The notes: generated by a model from the sequence alone, not told the origin. A DNA stretch of 64,000 bases from Deinococcota bacterium (GCA_963170125.1 CAUJFI010000179.1:313-64312); one strand, 5' to 3'. Numbered from the stretch's first letter, positions 46,898 to 56,510 are shown. Translations and numbers: made by a program.

Positions 46898-47583
46898 GCC
46901 GCCCCGGCTCCCGCCGCGGCCGCCAGCCGCACGCGGCTCAGAGCCAGACCTACGGCGGCCTGCGTCGGATCGACCACAGGCAGCCCCACCGCCTGCTCCA
47001 GCTGCGCGCAGTAGCGGCCCATGCCGGCGCCGGCGAACAGCAGCGAGCCGGCCCCGAGCTCCCTGAGGCTCGCGCCGACCTCGATGAGCCGACCCAGCAC
47101 GCGCTCCGGCCGGCGCAGGTCGCCGTAGTCGAGACCGAGCGCGGCCGCGCCGGCCAGCCTCGCCTCCACTCCGAGCGCTCGCAACGCGCGGCGGTTCTTC
47201 CCCTCGCTACCCGCCGAGACCGAGATCAACCCGAGCTGACCGCCGAAAGCCAGGGCCGTCATGACGCCCGCCTCGCCGATGCCGAGCACCGGTCGGCTAC
47301 TGAACTCCCGGGCAGCGGCGATGCCCGGGTCCGAGAAGCAGGCCACGACGAATGCGCCCGTGTCCGGTAGCTCATGCCGCTCCTCGATGAAGCGCGCCAC
47401 CGCCACAGCGGCCAAGTCGCTATCCCTGCTGGTGGTGATGCCGTTGGGGCCGTCTTCCAGCGTGACGCAGTCGATCTCCGGCCCACCCGGGAAGCGCAGG
47501 GGTTCCAAGGTGCGCGACAACTCCTCGGTGATCCCAGTGTCCTTGCGACTGCTGGCGTTCATGACGTGGATGATCTTGGCCAT
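46894..47583 (-). CDS. Asp/Glu/hydantoin-racemase-superfamily protein
   Basis: C-terminal 229 codons of ORF 46894..48114. ATG at 47583 (MAKIIHVMNA...). The first catalytic-Cys motif is present (VACFSDPGI). The second position reads FAGAGM. Confidence 0.7.
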   Translation of the reverse strand: MAKIIHVMNASSRKDTGITEELSRTLEPLRFPGGPEIDCVTLEDGPNGITTSRDSDLAAVAVARFIEERHELPDTGAFVVACFSDPGIAAAREFSSRPVLGIGEAGVMTALAFGGQLGLISVSAGSEGKNRRALRALGVEARLAGAAALGLDYGDLRRPERVLGRLIEVGASLRELGAGSLLFAGAGMGRYCAQLEQAVGLPVVDPTQAAVGLALSRVRLAAAAGAGAA

Positions 47584-47618
47584 CGCTGCTCGACTCCTCC
47601 TGTCAGGCCCCGCTGCCC

Positions 47619-48605
47619 TCAGTGCTCGCGGACGGTGAGGATGATCTTGCCTACGTTCTTGTTCTCCGCCATGCGCTGGTGCGCCACCTCCGCCTCCTGG
47701 ATGGGGAACACGCGGTCCACCACCGGCTTCAGCCGGCCGTCGTCGAGGGCCTCGCCGAAGTCGCGCAAGAAGGCATCCTTCATGTCCGCCAGCTCGGCGA
47801 CCGAGTACTTGCTCAACGTGTCCCCGAGGACGGCGAGGCGCTTGGAGATGATCTGGCGCATGTTGATCTCGGTCTGGGTTCCCCCGAGGATGCCGATGAG
47901 GAGCAGGCGGCCCTTCAACGCGAGCAGCTCGAGGTTGCGTTGCAGGTAGCCGGCACCGACGGTGTCGAGGATGACGTCGACACCCTCGCCACCCCCGAAC
48001 TCCATGGCCCGCGCGACGAAGTCCTCCTCGTGGTAGCGGATGGCCAGGTCCGCGCCCATGGCTTCGCATAGGCGCGCCTTCTCGGCCGAACCCACGGTGA
48101 CGATGACGCGGCAACCGGCCAGGCGGGCGAGTTGGATGGCCGCCGTGCCGACGCCGCTGGCGCCGCTGTGAATCAGGACCGTCTCGCCCGCCTGGAGGCG
48201 GGCGTTGACGAACAGGTTGCCGTAGGCGGTGAGGTAGGCCTCGGGGAGCGCCGCAGCCTCGGCCATGCTCAGTCCGGTGGGCACCGGCATGAGCAGGCGC
48301 TGCGGCACGCGGACCCTCTCGGCGTAGCCCCCACCCAGCGTCAGGCAGACCACGCTGTCACCTACGGACCATGCCCGGACGGCGGAGCCGCGCTGGCTTA
48401 TGCGCCCGGCAGCCTCGCCTCCAAGGATATCGGAGCGACCCGGGGTCGTCGGGAAGTTGCCTTCTCGGTGTAGCAGGTCGGCGCGGTTGAGCGCGGTGGC
48501 TTGGACGTCGATGATCACATCGTCTTCGCCGCAGGAGGGGTCGGCCACGTCTTGCCATAGCAGGGGGCGGCCAGGGCGGTTCCGGTCCACGACGATCGCC
48601 TTCAT
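47619..48605 (-). CDS. Zinc-independent MDR-family NADPH:quinone oxidoreductase
   Basis: 328-aa ORF with the LIHSGASGVGTAAIQLA nucleotide-binding motif and PGRSDILGGEAAG. Confidence 0.8.
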   Translation of the reverse strand: MKAIVVDRNRPGRPLLWQDVADPSCGEDDVIIDVQATALNRADLLHREGNFPTTPGRSDILGGEAAGRISQRGSAVRAWSVGDSVVCLTLGGGYAERVRVPQRLLMPVPTGLSMAEAAALPEAYLTAYGNLFVNARLQAGETVLIHSGASGVGTAAIQLARLAGCRVIVTVGSAEKARLCEAMGADLAIRYHEEDFVARAMEFGGGEGVDVILDTVGAGYLQRNLELLALKGRLLLIGILGGTQTEINMRQIISKRLAVLGDTLSKYSVAELADMKDAFLRDFGEALDDGRLKPVVDRVFPIQEAEVAHQRMAENKNVGKIILTVREH

Positions 48606-48878
48606 CTACCTATGACCTCGCTCTCCGCTCGTGCGGCCTGGATGCTAGCACAGCCTGGCGGGCGGGCGACCCGGTCGGAGAGTAACGCCGTCACAGACGG
48701 GCTTTCTAGATCATCATCGAGCTCGCTGGACCGATCTTTTCTCCCATATGTTGGGACGGCTATCCTTGTAGTTGACATGCATGATAGGTGCCTCTATAGT
48801 GGCGCGCACGTACAGCGGAGCAGGCCGGCGCCGCGGCGTACTGTCGACCATCGGTTCAGCAACGCAAGGGAGGAACGG

Positions 48879-50438
48879 ATGAAGTCCCCCAGGTTCGCCG
48901 TCTCGTATCGCCTATTGGTGGCAGTGGGGCTTGCGCTATGCTGCCTCCTCCCGACGGCCGCCGCGCAACAGACGGGCGGGAAGCTGACGGTCGCCATCGG
49001 CGTGCCAGCCGTGACCCTTGCCCCGGGCAAGTCGATCGCGTCGATCGTGAACAGCATCACCGAGGGCATCTACGAAGGACTCGTCGAGAGGGACGCCAGC
49101 GGAGCCGTCCTACCAGGTCTGGCGACCTCGTGGAGCCTCGCCGAGGACGACGTCACCTGGACCCTGACCTTGCGGCAGGGCGTCCGGTTCCACGACGGCA
49201 CCGAGTTCTCCGCCGATGACGTCAAGGCCACGTTCGACCGCATCTTGAACCCCGACTTCGCGTTGCCGCTGAGCTCCGTCCTGAAAGTCGTCTCGCGCGT
49301 CGACGTGGTGGATCCTTACACGGTCAAGATCATCACCGGCAGTCCAACGCCCGACTTCCTCAACCGCCTCGCCTACGGCGTGGCCGTCATCATCAGCAGC
49401 GACGCCGTCGAGAAGTACGGTGCCGACATCGACTGGACGCCGGTCGGCACCGGCCCGTACCGCCTAGAGTCCTACGTTCCCAACGAGAGCGTCACCCTGG
49501 TCGCCTTCCCCGACTACTGGGGCGGCACCCCGTTGCTCGATCGCGTCGAGTTCCGCACGGTTCGCGAGCCGGGCACGCGCGTCGCGCTGCTCGAGGCGGG
49601 CGAGGTCGACATCATCGTCGACGTGCCGGCCACCGACCTGCCTGGCCTGAAGGCGCAGGCCGACAAGGCCGTGCTGTTGGCGCCGAGCACGCGAGTCATG
49701 CACATCGGCGTCAACACTCAGGTGGCGCCTTTCGACAACGTCCTCGTTCGCCAGGCGCTCAACTACGCCATCGATCAGGACGGTTTGGTCAACGGCGTGC
49801 TTCAGGGCGTCGGACAACCCGCCCGCTCGATTATCTCCCCGGTGGTCACCGGCTTCTCGCCGGTGAGCGAGTACCGCTACGATCCGGATACGGCTCGGCG
49901 CCTGCTCGCGGAGGCCGGCTATCCGAACGGCTTCAGCGCAACGCTCTGGACGCCGGAAGGCCGCTACTTCCAGGACCGCGCCACGGCGGTGGCCGTGCAG
50001 AGCATGCTGGGTGACATCGGCGTGAACGTGGATGTAAGGGTCATCGACTGGGCCACGTACCTGGAGATCCTCCGGCGCCCTGTCGACTCTAGCGAGACCC
50101 AGCTCTACCTGCTCGGCTGGGAGTCGGGCACCGGCGACATCGGTTACGTGCTGGACCTGATCTTCCACACCTCGACGTGGCCACCCGCCGGCTGGAACAC
50201 GATGTTCTACAGCAACCCGGAGGTCGACGCCCTGATCGAGACGGCTCGCGTCACCATGGATCCGGATACGCGCCAGGCGCTGGCGACGCAGATCCAGGAG
50301 CGCATCGTCAGTGACGCCCCGTGGGTCTTGCTCAACGTGACCGAGGAAACGGCCGCCATGAGCAGCAAGGTGAACGGCCTCGAGCTGCTGCCGGGCGATG
50401 TCTACTCGCTGAAGACGGTGTGGCTGGACAAAGACTAG
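48879..50438 (+). CDS. Peptide/nickel ABC transporter substrate-binding protein (family 5)
   Basis: Within ORF 48612..50438. ATG at 48879 after AAGGGAGGA. Signal peptide ...LLPTAAAQ. Contains WTLTLRQGVRFHDGTEFSADDV and GPYRLESY motifs. Confidence 0.85.
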   Translation: MKSPRFAVSYRLLVAVGLALCCLLPTAAAQQTGGKLTVAIGVPAVTLAPGKSIASIVNSITEGIYEGLVERDASGAVLPGLATSWSLAEDDVTWTLTLRQGVRFHDGTEFSADDVKATFDRILNPDFALPLSSVLKVVSRVDVVDPYTVKIITGSPTPDFLNRLAYGVAVIISSDAVEKYGADIDWTPVGTGPYRLESYVPNESVTLVAFPDYWGGTPLLDRVEFRTVREPGTRVALLEAGEVDIIVDVPATDLPGLKAQADKAVLLAPSTRVMHIGVNTQVAPFDNVLVRQALNYAIDQDGLVNGVLQGVGQPARSIISPVVTGFSPVSEYRYDPDTARRLLAEAGYPNGFSATLWTPEGRYFQDRATAVAVQSMLGDIGVNVDVRVIDWATYLEILRRPVDSSETQLYLLGWESGTGDIGYVLDLIFHTSTWPPAGWNTMFYSNPEVDALIETARVTMDPDTRQALATQIQERIVSDAPWVLLNVTEETAAMSSKVNGLELLPGDVYSLKTVWLDKD

Positions 50439-50479
50439 GCTAGGGGCCTCGTCCCAACCGGCCGGGTCTCCCAGAGCCT

Positions 50480-51400
50480 ATGCTGCGCCTCCTTTTCTAT
50501 CGGGTGCTGGGGCTGGCCGTGATCCTGGTGCTGGTCTCGGTCATCTCGTTCTCGATCACCTACGTTGTGCCCGGCGATGTCGCTCTCGTCATCGCCGGGC
50601 CCGGCGCCAGCCAGGCCTCGATCGAGAAGATCCGCAGCGACCTGCTCCTCGACGAGCCCTTCCTGGTTCGTTACGGCACGTGGCTCGGCTCCGTGATGCG
50701 CGGCGACTTGGGTGCCTCGGCCATCACCAGGCAACCGGTGGCCGAGATCGTCGGCTTCCGGCTGGTCAACACGATGAAGCTAGCCCTGGCCGGCATCGTC
50801 CTCGCCATCGTTCTTGGCATCGCGCTCGGTCTGGTGGCGGCCCTGTACCGCAACAGCCTTGTCGACTACGGGGCCATGCTCGTATCGGTCCTGGGCATAT
50901 CCGCGCCCGTGTTCTGGGTGGGGTTGATGCTGATATACGTCTTCAGCGTCCGCCTGCGCTGGCTGCCCATCACCGACCAGGGTGGTGTCGCCCACCTGAT
51001 CCTCCCAGCCATAACCATCGGGATGTACTCCGTGGCGGTCATCGCCCGCGTGACCCGCTTCAACCTGCTCGAGGTGCTCGGTCGGGACTACATCCGCACG
51101 GCCAAGGCCAAGGGCGCCTCCACCGCGCGGATGTCACTGAAGCACGCGCTCAAGAACGCCCTCATCCCGGTGGTCACGGTGATCGGACTCCAGTTCGGTT
51201 ACCTCATGGGTGGGGCGGTCCTCACCGAGACCGTGTTCGCCTATCCGGGCATCGGCCGGCTCTTCGCCGACGTCGTGTTCACCCGCGACTTCCCGGTCAT
51301 GCAGATCCTCATGCTGCTGCTCGCCGCCATCTTCGCCGTCACCAACTTCCTGGTCGACATCTCCTACGCCCTGCTCGATCCTCGGATCCGTCATGCCTGA
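50480..51400 (+). CDS. Dpp/Opp-type ABC transporter permease (DppB-like)
   Basis: 306-aa ORF with YIRTAKAKGAS in the EAA-loop region. Confidence 0.85.
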   Translation: MLRLLFYRVLGLAVILVLVSVISFSITYVVPGDVALVIAGPGASQASIEKIRSDLLLDEPFLVRYGTWLGSVMRGDLGASAITRQPVAEIVGFRLVNTMKLALAGIVLAIVLGIALGLVAALYRNSLVDYGAMLVSVLGISAPVFWVGLMLIYVFSVRLRWLPITDQGGVAHLILPAITIGMYSVAVIARVTRFNLLEVLGRDYIRTAKAKGASTARMSLKHALKNALIPVVTVIGLQFGYLMGGAVLTETVFAYPGIGRLFADVVFTRDFPVMQILMLLLAAIFAVTNFLVDISYALLDPRIRHA

Positions 51401-51406
51401 GGCGCC

Positions 51407-52237
51407 ATGACGGGCCGCCGCTTCTGGAAGGCGTTGCGGCGCAACAAGGCGGCGCTGGTCGGCTTCGTCCTCTTCGCCATCTTCCTGACCTGCGCCGTGT
51501 TCGCCCCGGCCCTCGCGCCGGCCAACCCCAACAGGGCCAACTTCTCCATGGTCCTGCATCCACCCAGCGCCGCCGCCATACTCGGCGCCGACGAACTGGG
51601 GCGCGACATCCTCAGCCGCATCCTCTTCGGCGCGCGAGCCTCCTTCCTCGTCGCCGCGTCGACCACCGCCATCGCCGCCGTGATCGGCGTGCTGCTCGGG
51701 TTGCTGGCCGGCTACTACGGCGGGTTGGTCGACGCGATCATCATGCGCGCGGCCGACTTGCTGTTGGCCTTCCCCAGCTTCCTGGTGGCGTTGGTCATCG
51801 TCGGCATCCTCGGTCCTGGTCTCGTGAACGTGATCCTGGCCGTCGGCGTCCTCTTCGTGCCGCGCTTCGTGCGGCTGATGCGCGCCTCCGTGCTCTCCGT
51901 GCGGGAGAACGAGTACGTGGAGGCCATGGCGGCCCTCGGCAGCCGGACGCCGCGCATCATCTTCCACCACGTCCTGCCCAACGCCATGGCGCCGATAATC
52001 GCCTTGACCGCCATCGTCAGCGGCGAGGCCATCCTCATCGGCTCAGGACTGGGCTTCCTCGGCCTCGGCGCGCAACCGCCACTTGCCGAATGGGGAGCGA
52101 TGTTGAGCGAGGGTCGGGTCTACCTGACCACCGCGCCGCATGTCGCTGCTTTCCCAGGCCTAGCCATCATGGGCCTAGTCGTGGCTCTCAATCTCATAGG
52201 CGATGGGGTCAGGGACGCGTTGGACGTGCGGCTCTAG
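51407..52237 (+). CDS. Dpp/Opp-type ABC transporter permease (DppC-like)
   Basis: 276-aa ORF with ILGADELGRDILSRI and YVEAMAALGS motifs. Confidence 0.85.
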   Translation: MTGRRFWKALRRNKAALVGFVLFAIFLTCAVFAPALAPANPNRANFSMVLHPPSAAAILGADELGRDILSRILFGARASFLVAASTTAIAAVIGVLLGLLAGYYGGLVDAIIMRAADLLLAFPSFLVALVIVGILGPGLVNVILAVGVLFVPRFVRLMRASVLSVRENEYVEAMAALGSRTPRIIFHHVLPNAMAPIIALTAIVSGEAILIGSGLGFLGLGAQPPLAEWGAMLSEGRVYLTTAPHVAAFPGLAIMGLVVALNLIGDGVRDALDVRL

Positions 52238-52355
52238 GTAGACGTAATACAGCATGGGTTACTGGCCCGCCCCCATTCATGAACGCGCTTACGTCGTACT
52301 GGCATGTACCGGTCGGCCAGAGCGAGCACCGGTCCCGCCGGCGAAAGCTACCGGC

Positions 52356-52590
52356 TCAACCTTTGCGACTACGCGAGCTGGCCGACCAGATGAACACGCC
52401 CCCGAACAGCGCTAGCAGTACCGCGCAGGCCGCGGCGGAACCGGCTTTGCCCCAGTAGGGCAGCAACGCCTGGTAGCGAGTCCGGCCCAAGAGGGCGGCT
52501 GCCGCCGGCGCTTGCCGTGCCCTCGAACTCCTTCTTCGCTGCTTCCGCATCTTTGCGGAGTGCTTCGATATCTCTACTCGAAGTGGCCAT
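52356..52590 (-). other. Possible small tail-anchored membrane protein split between two frames (frameshift or assembly error?)
   Basis: From the ATG at 52590, one frame reads the coiled-coil-like MATSSRDIEALRKDAEAAKKEFEGTASAGG. The +1 frame downstream has high GC3 and reads ...YQALLPYWGKAGSAAACAVLLALFGGVFIWSASSRSRKG-stop (a TM helix). The switch would fall in a GC run near 52495-52510. Confidence 0.25.
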
Positions 52591-52719
52591 ACAACAGTCC
52601 TTCTTCTCACCCTGGTGCAGGCCGCACTGGGCCCTGCGCCGTTCAAGGAGTAAGCACCAGATCGTGAGAGTCGGGGTGCGGGCGTCACACCGCGGCTACG
52701 TGGTGGTTACAGTGGCCGC

Positions 52720-53940
52720 ATGCCGAAGGTCTTCCTGATCATGCTGGACGGCGTGAGCGCCGACACGTTCCGGTCTCACCACAGCCGCTTGCCGTTCCTC
52801 TCGCGCTTGGCGGCCGGCGGCTTCAGCGTCGAGAGGTTGCGCTCGCTCGTGCCCGGTATCTCTTTGCCGGGCCGGACGTCGATCCTCACGGGGCGCGGCG
52901 CGGCGGAGGCCGGCGTGTACGGCAACAACGTGTGGCACGACACGCGCTTCAGCTACGCCGACCCGGACGACGTACGGGTGCCGACGTTGCCGCGGTTGGC
53001 GCTGGCGGCCGGTCTGGACGTGGCTTGCGTCGGCTTCGGGATGGTGAGGCCGGAGGACGCCACCGTCTTCAAGCGGCCGTGGTGGGCGGACAACTTCGTG
53101 CAGCGGGCCCGCGACGACGTCGGGGAGCCCGCGCAAGGCGCCTGGCGCCGCGCGGCCGACCACGTCGACCCGACGGGCCGGCTGATCGCGGCCGCGACGG
53201 CCGCGGGCTACCCGGCCGACTACCCAGAGCGCTTCCCTGACAGACGCATCTACGCCTTCAGCGGCGACATGCACGTGGCCAACTGGGTCGGCTTGCTCGC
53301 CGCGGCCGACCCGGCGCCCGACTTCGTCCTGACCGAGTTCCTGGTTACCGACTCCGTCCAGCACAGCCACGGTTTCGACACCGAGGCGTCACTGTGGGCG
53401 CTCGGCTACCTCGACGCGCTGGTGGGCGTGACGCTGGGCCGCCTCGGGGAGCGCGCCGCCGAGTACAACTTCGTGATCCTGAGCGATCACGGCCACTGGC
53501 ACGTGCAGAAGGCGTTGCGACCGGAAGCCATCCTGCCGGGCATGCAGGCGGACTGCCAGGGCGCCATGCTGCACGTGAAGGTGGACTCGGCGGCCGACGA
53601 GGCGCGGGCTACGGCCGCGCTCGCCGAACATGGCGTGGTGCCGTACGACCCGTCATACCTGCCGGAAGACCACCGCGCGTTCCTACGTTCGTACCTCGCG
53701 CCTGACGGCTTCTCCTTCGAGTCCGGGCCTTCGGAGCTGCCCGTCACGGAGCCGAAGAACATCTCCAGCCACGGTCTACGGCCCGGCCATCCGGCGGACG
53801 ACCGCTTCATGTTCATGAGCGGGCCCGACGTGCCGACGGGAACCGTCGCCATGGCGGACGCGGATCAGGTGGCGCCGACTGTGGCCCAACTGCTTGGCAT
53901 CGCGACGGGCGTGTTCCCGGGGCGGTCGTTGCTGGTGTGA
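52720..53940 (+). CDS. Alkaline-phosphatase-superfamily nucleotide pyrophosphatase/phosphodiesterase-like protein
   Basis: 406-aa ORF with VFLIMLDGVSADTF (metal Asp), the SLPGRTSILTG nucleophile region, and DSVQHSHG...LSDHGH distal metal ligands. Confidence 0.75.
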   Translation: MPKVFLIMLDGVSADTFRSHHSRLPFLSRLAAGGFSVERLRSLVPGISLPGRTSILTGRGAAEAGVYGNNVWHDTRFSYADPDDVRVPTLPRLALAAGLDVACVGFGMVRPEDATVFKRPWWADNFVQRARDDVGEPAQGAWRRAADHVDPTGRLIAAATAAGYPADYPERFPDRRIYAFSGDMHVANWVGLLAAADPAPDFVLTEFLVTDSVQHSHGFDTEASLWALGYLDALVGVTLGRLGERAAEYNFVILSDHGHWHVQKALRPEAILPGMQADCQGAMLHVKVDSAADEARATAALAEHGVVPYDPSYLPEDHRAFLRSYLAPDGFSFESGPSELPVTEPKNISSHGLRPGHPADDRFMFMSGPDVPTGTVAMADADQVAPTVAQLLGIATGVFPGRSLLV

Positions 53941-54069
53941 GGACCGTGCACGCGGCATAGGTGGACTGCGCTGGGCTCTAGACCCGTCGCTATACGGCGC
54001 GTTCCTCGGAAGACGCGCTCCCAAAGCCGAGCCGCCTGGTCCTAGCTCCGAAGCGGCGTACCATGCGCC

Positions 54070-54957
54070 ATGATCGCGATCGTGATTCACGGCGGAGCGG
54101 GCAAGATCGCCTTAGAGGACCGCGTGCCTTACCTGGCCGGGCTCGATCGGGCGCGTGACGTCGGTTACCGGGTGCTGGCGGACGGCGGAACGGCGGTCGC
54201 CGCGATCCTGGCGGCCGTCACCACGATGGAGGACGACCCGGCCGCGTTCAACGCCGGCACGGGCGGATCGCCCAACCGGGACGGCGTCGTGGAGTGCGAC
54301 GCGGCCATCATGAGCGCCGACGGCACGAGCGGCGCGGTCGCCGCCGTCACGCGCGCGAAGAACCCGATCCTGCTGGCCGACAAGGTGCGCGTGGCGTCGC
54401 CGCACGCCCTGATCGTCGGACCGGGCGCCGACGCGCTGGTCGAGGACCCGATCGACAACGCTGAGCTGCTCACGCCCCGTACCCTGCGAGCCCTCGAGCG
54501 CTGGCGCGAGGCGGATCACCTCGGACCTAAGGGCTCGGCGACCGTCGGCGCCGTGGCCCTCGACGACCAGGGCATGCTCGCCGCGGCCACCAGCACGGGC
54601 GGCATGCTCGGCAAGTGGCCGGGCAGGGTCGGCGACGCCCCGCTGATAGGCGCCGGAACCTACGCGGCACGGCACGTCGGGGTCTCATGCACGGGCGACG
54701 GCGAGGCGTTCATACGCGCCGTGACTGCGAAGGGGCTCGCCGACCGGCTCCAGACCGGGGTCGAGCTCGAGGCCGCCGTGCGGCTCGCGCTCGACGAGGT
54801 CGCTGCCCAGAACGCCAACGGCGGTCTGATCGTCCTGACAGCGGACGGCCGCATCGCCAGCGGGTTCAACGCGCGGGACATGGCCTACGCGTGGCGCACC
54901 GCGGCGGGAGCAGACGCCTGCGTGTCCGCCGAGCCGGGCGTACGGTCGTTCGGCTGA
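54070..54957 (+). CDS. Isoaspartyl peptidase / L-asparaginase (Ntn hydrolase, T2 family)
   Basis: 295-aa ORF with IVIHGGAG, the autoproteolytic site GSATVGAVALD, and the GAGTYA and TGDGEAFIR motifs. Confidence 0.85.
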   Translation: MIAIVIHGGAGKIALEDRVPYLAGLDRARDVGYRVLADGGTAVAAILAAVTTMEDDPAAFNAGTGGSPNRDGVVECDAAIMSADGTSGAVAAVTRAKNPILLADKVRVASPHALIVGPGADALVEDPIDNAELLTPRTLRALERWREADHLGPKGSATVGAVALDDQGMLAAATSTGGMLGKWPGRVGDAPLIGAGTYAARHVGVSCTGDGEAFIRAVTAKGLADRLQTGVELEAAVRLALDEVAAQNANGGLIVLTADGRIASGFNARDMAYAWRTAAGADACVSAEPGVRSFG

Positions 54958-55053
54958 GCGGACGTCTCGCCCGGAGCGCCCAGTTTGCGGGGGCGCCCCA
55001 CGCGGACGCCGCCACGGTCGCGAGGCTTCGCCCTTGGGCGCGCCGCTTACGGC

Positions 55054-55500
55054 CTAGCTCTGCAGCAGCGCCGCGTCCACCGAGATGTTCGCGCCGGCGA
55101 ACAGTCGGGATACGGGGCACAGCTGCGCCGCCTCATGGACGATGGTCGCGAACTGCTGCTCCGACGCGCCGGGGACCTTGCCCCGCACCGTCAGGGCCGA
55201 GCGATCGATGGTGGGCAGGGCGTTCACATCGCTGAGCGAGACGGTGGCGGTCACCTCGAGCCGCTCCGCCTCGAGCTTGTGCTCCCCGAGCTTGAGCGAC
55301 AGGGCCATCGAGAAGCAGGACGAGTGGGCCGCCGCGAGCAGCTCCTCAGGGCTCGTCTTGCCGCCGGGCGCCTCGGTGCGCGAGGCCCACGTCAGGCTGA
55401 GCCCGTCGAGCGCGGTACTGCTGCTCTTGCTCAGCTTGCCGGAGCCCTTGGCGAGCGAACCGTTCCAGGTCGTCTGAGTCGTTCTATCGGCGATGCTCAT
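55054..55500 (-). CDS. osmC: OsmC-family peroxiredoxin
   Basis: Within ORF 55054..55545. ATG at 55500 (MSIADRTTQTTWNGSL). Two conserved Cys residues (HSSCFSMAL and AQLCPVS). Confidence 0.85.
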   Translation of the reverse strand: MSIADRTTQTTWNGSLAKGSGKLSKSSSTALDGLSLTWASRTEAPGGKTSPEELLAAAHSSCFSMALSLKLGEHKLEAERLEVTATVSLSDVNALPTIDRSALTVRGKVPGASEQQFATIVHEAAQLCPVSRLFAGANISVDAALLQS

Positions 55501-55689
55501 GCGTCTCCTCCTTCGGCGGTCTGGTGCCGCTGTGGCCTTGGCCACGTCTTCTCAGCCTACTTCGCTTGTGCGGTGGCGCACTTGGTCGCGCGGACGGAGT
55601 GGAGGGGCGCCGTGGTCGGTGGTCGCTACCTACGCCTCGTGAGTGGACTCGTGCTACACTGAAACCGTGTTACACGAGGAGCGCCAGGC

Positions 55690-55920
55690 ATGTCGAACCT
55701 GACCATCACGATCGACGATGCCCTGTTGCAGAGAGCGCGCATCCGCGCGTTGCAGCAGGGGACTTCCGTGAACGCCGTCCTTAGGGCGTACCTGGAGAGT
55801 TACGTGGGTGCCTCCGCCGAACAGACGGCTGCCGCCGCGAACGTCCTCAGGCTTTCCGAGTCGAGCCAGGCGCGGCACGACGGCTCCCGGTGGAGTCGCA
55901 GCCAGCTTTACGAGCGCTGA
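55690..55920 (+). CDS. vapB: VapB-type (RHH-like) antitoxin
   Basis: 76-aa ORF. MSNLTITIDDALLQRARIRALQQGTSVNAVLRAYLESYV. Its stop lies 7 nt before the vapC ATG. GAGGAG Shine-Dalgarno sequence. Confidence 0.7.
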   Translation: MSNLTITIDDALLQRARIRALQQGTSVNAVLRAYLESYVGASAEQTAAAANVLRLSESSQARHDGSRWSRSQLYER

Positions 55921-55927
55921 TCGCCCT

Positions 55928-56344
55928 ATGCGCAGGGTCTTCTTCGACGCGAACGCGCTGGTCTACCTGTTCGACGCGGCCGCGCCGGCGAAACGGGCTA
56001 CGGCGCGACGGCTGTTCAGCGAGCACAGCGCGACGGGCGCGTTGACTCTGAGCACGCAGGTGCTCCAGGAGTTCTACGTTTCCGTGACGCGTAAGCTGAG
56101 CACCCCACTCAGTGAGCCGGCCGCTCTGGAGGTCGTTCGTGACCTCCGAAGCTTCGCGCTGGTCCTGGTGGACGCGGACATGATCCTCGGCGCCGCCGCT
56201 AGGTCGAGCACAGAGCGGTTCTCGTTCTGGGACGCCCTGATCGTCGAGGCAGCCCTGAGCAGCGGCGCCACGCAGCTCCTCTCCGAGGACATGCAGAACG
56301 GGCGCCGGGTCTCGGATCTGACCATCGTCAACCCTTTCGCGTGA
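55928..56344 (+). CDS. vapC: PIN-domain ribonuclease toxin VapC
   Basis: Within ORF 55808..56344; 138 aa. Acidic quartet candidates in FFDAN, LQEF, FWDAL and SEDMQ. Confidence 0.8.
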   Translation: MRRVFFDANALVYLFDAAAPAKRATARRLFSEHSATGALTLSTQVLQEFYVSVTRKLSTPLSEPAALEVVRDLRSFALVLVDADMILGAAARSSTERFSFWDALIVEAALSSGATQLLSEDMQNGRRVSDLTIVNPFA

Positions 56345-56510
56345 GGATCCGCGCGCGCATCGATGGTGGCCACCTGGTCGACTTGGCGCCGACGGCTTCT
56401 TGACAGAGCCTTATCGACGTGTGACACCTCCCCCGACCCGCCTCTGCCTTGCAGAGCGTATGCGGGGTGTACCACGCCGCTCCCCGACCGAGCGACCCTA
56501 AGATGACCAG

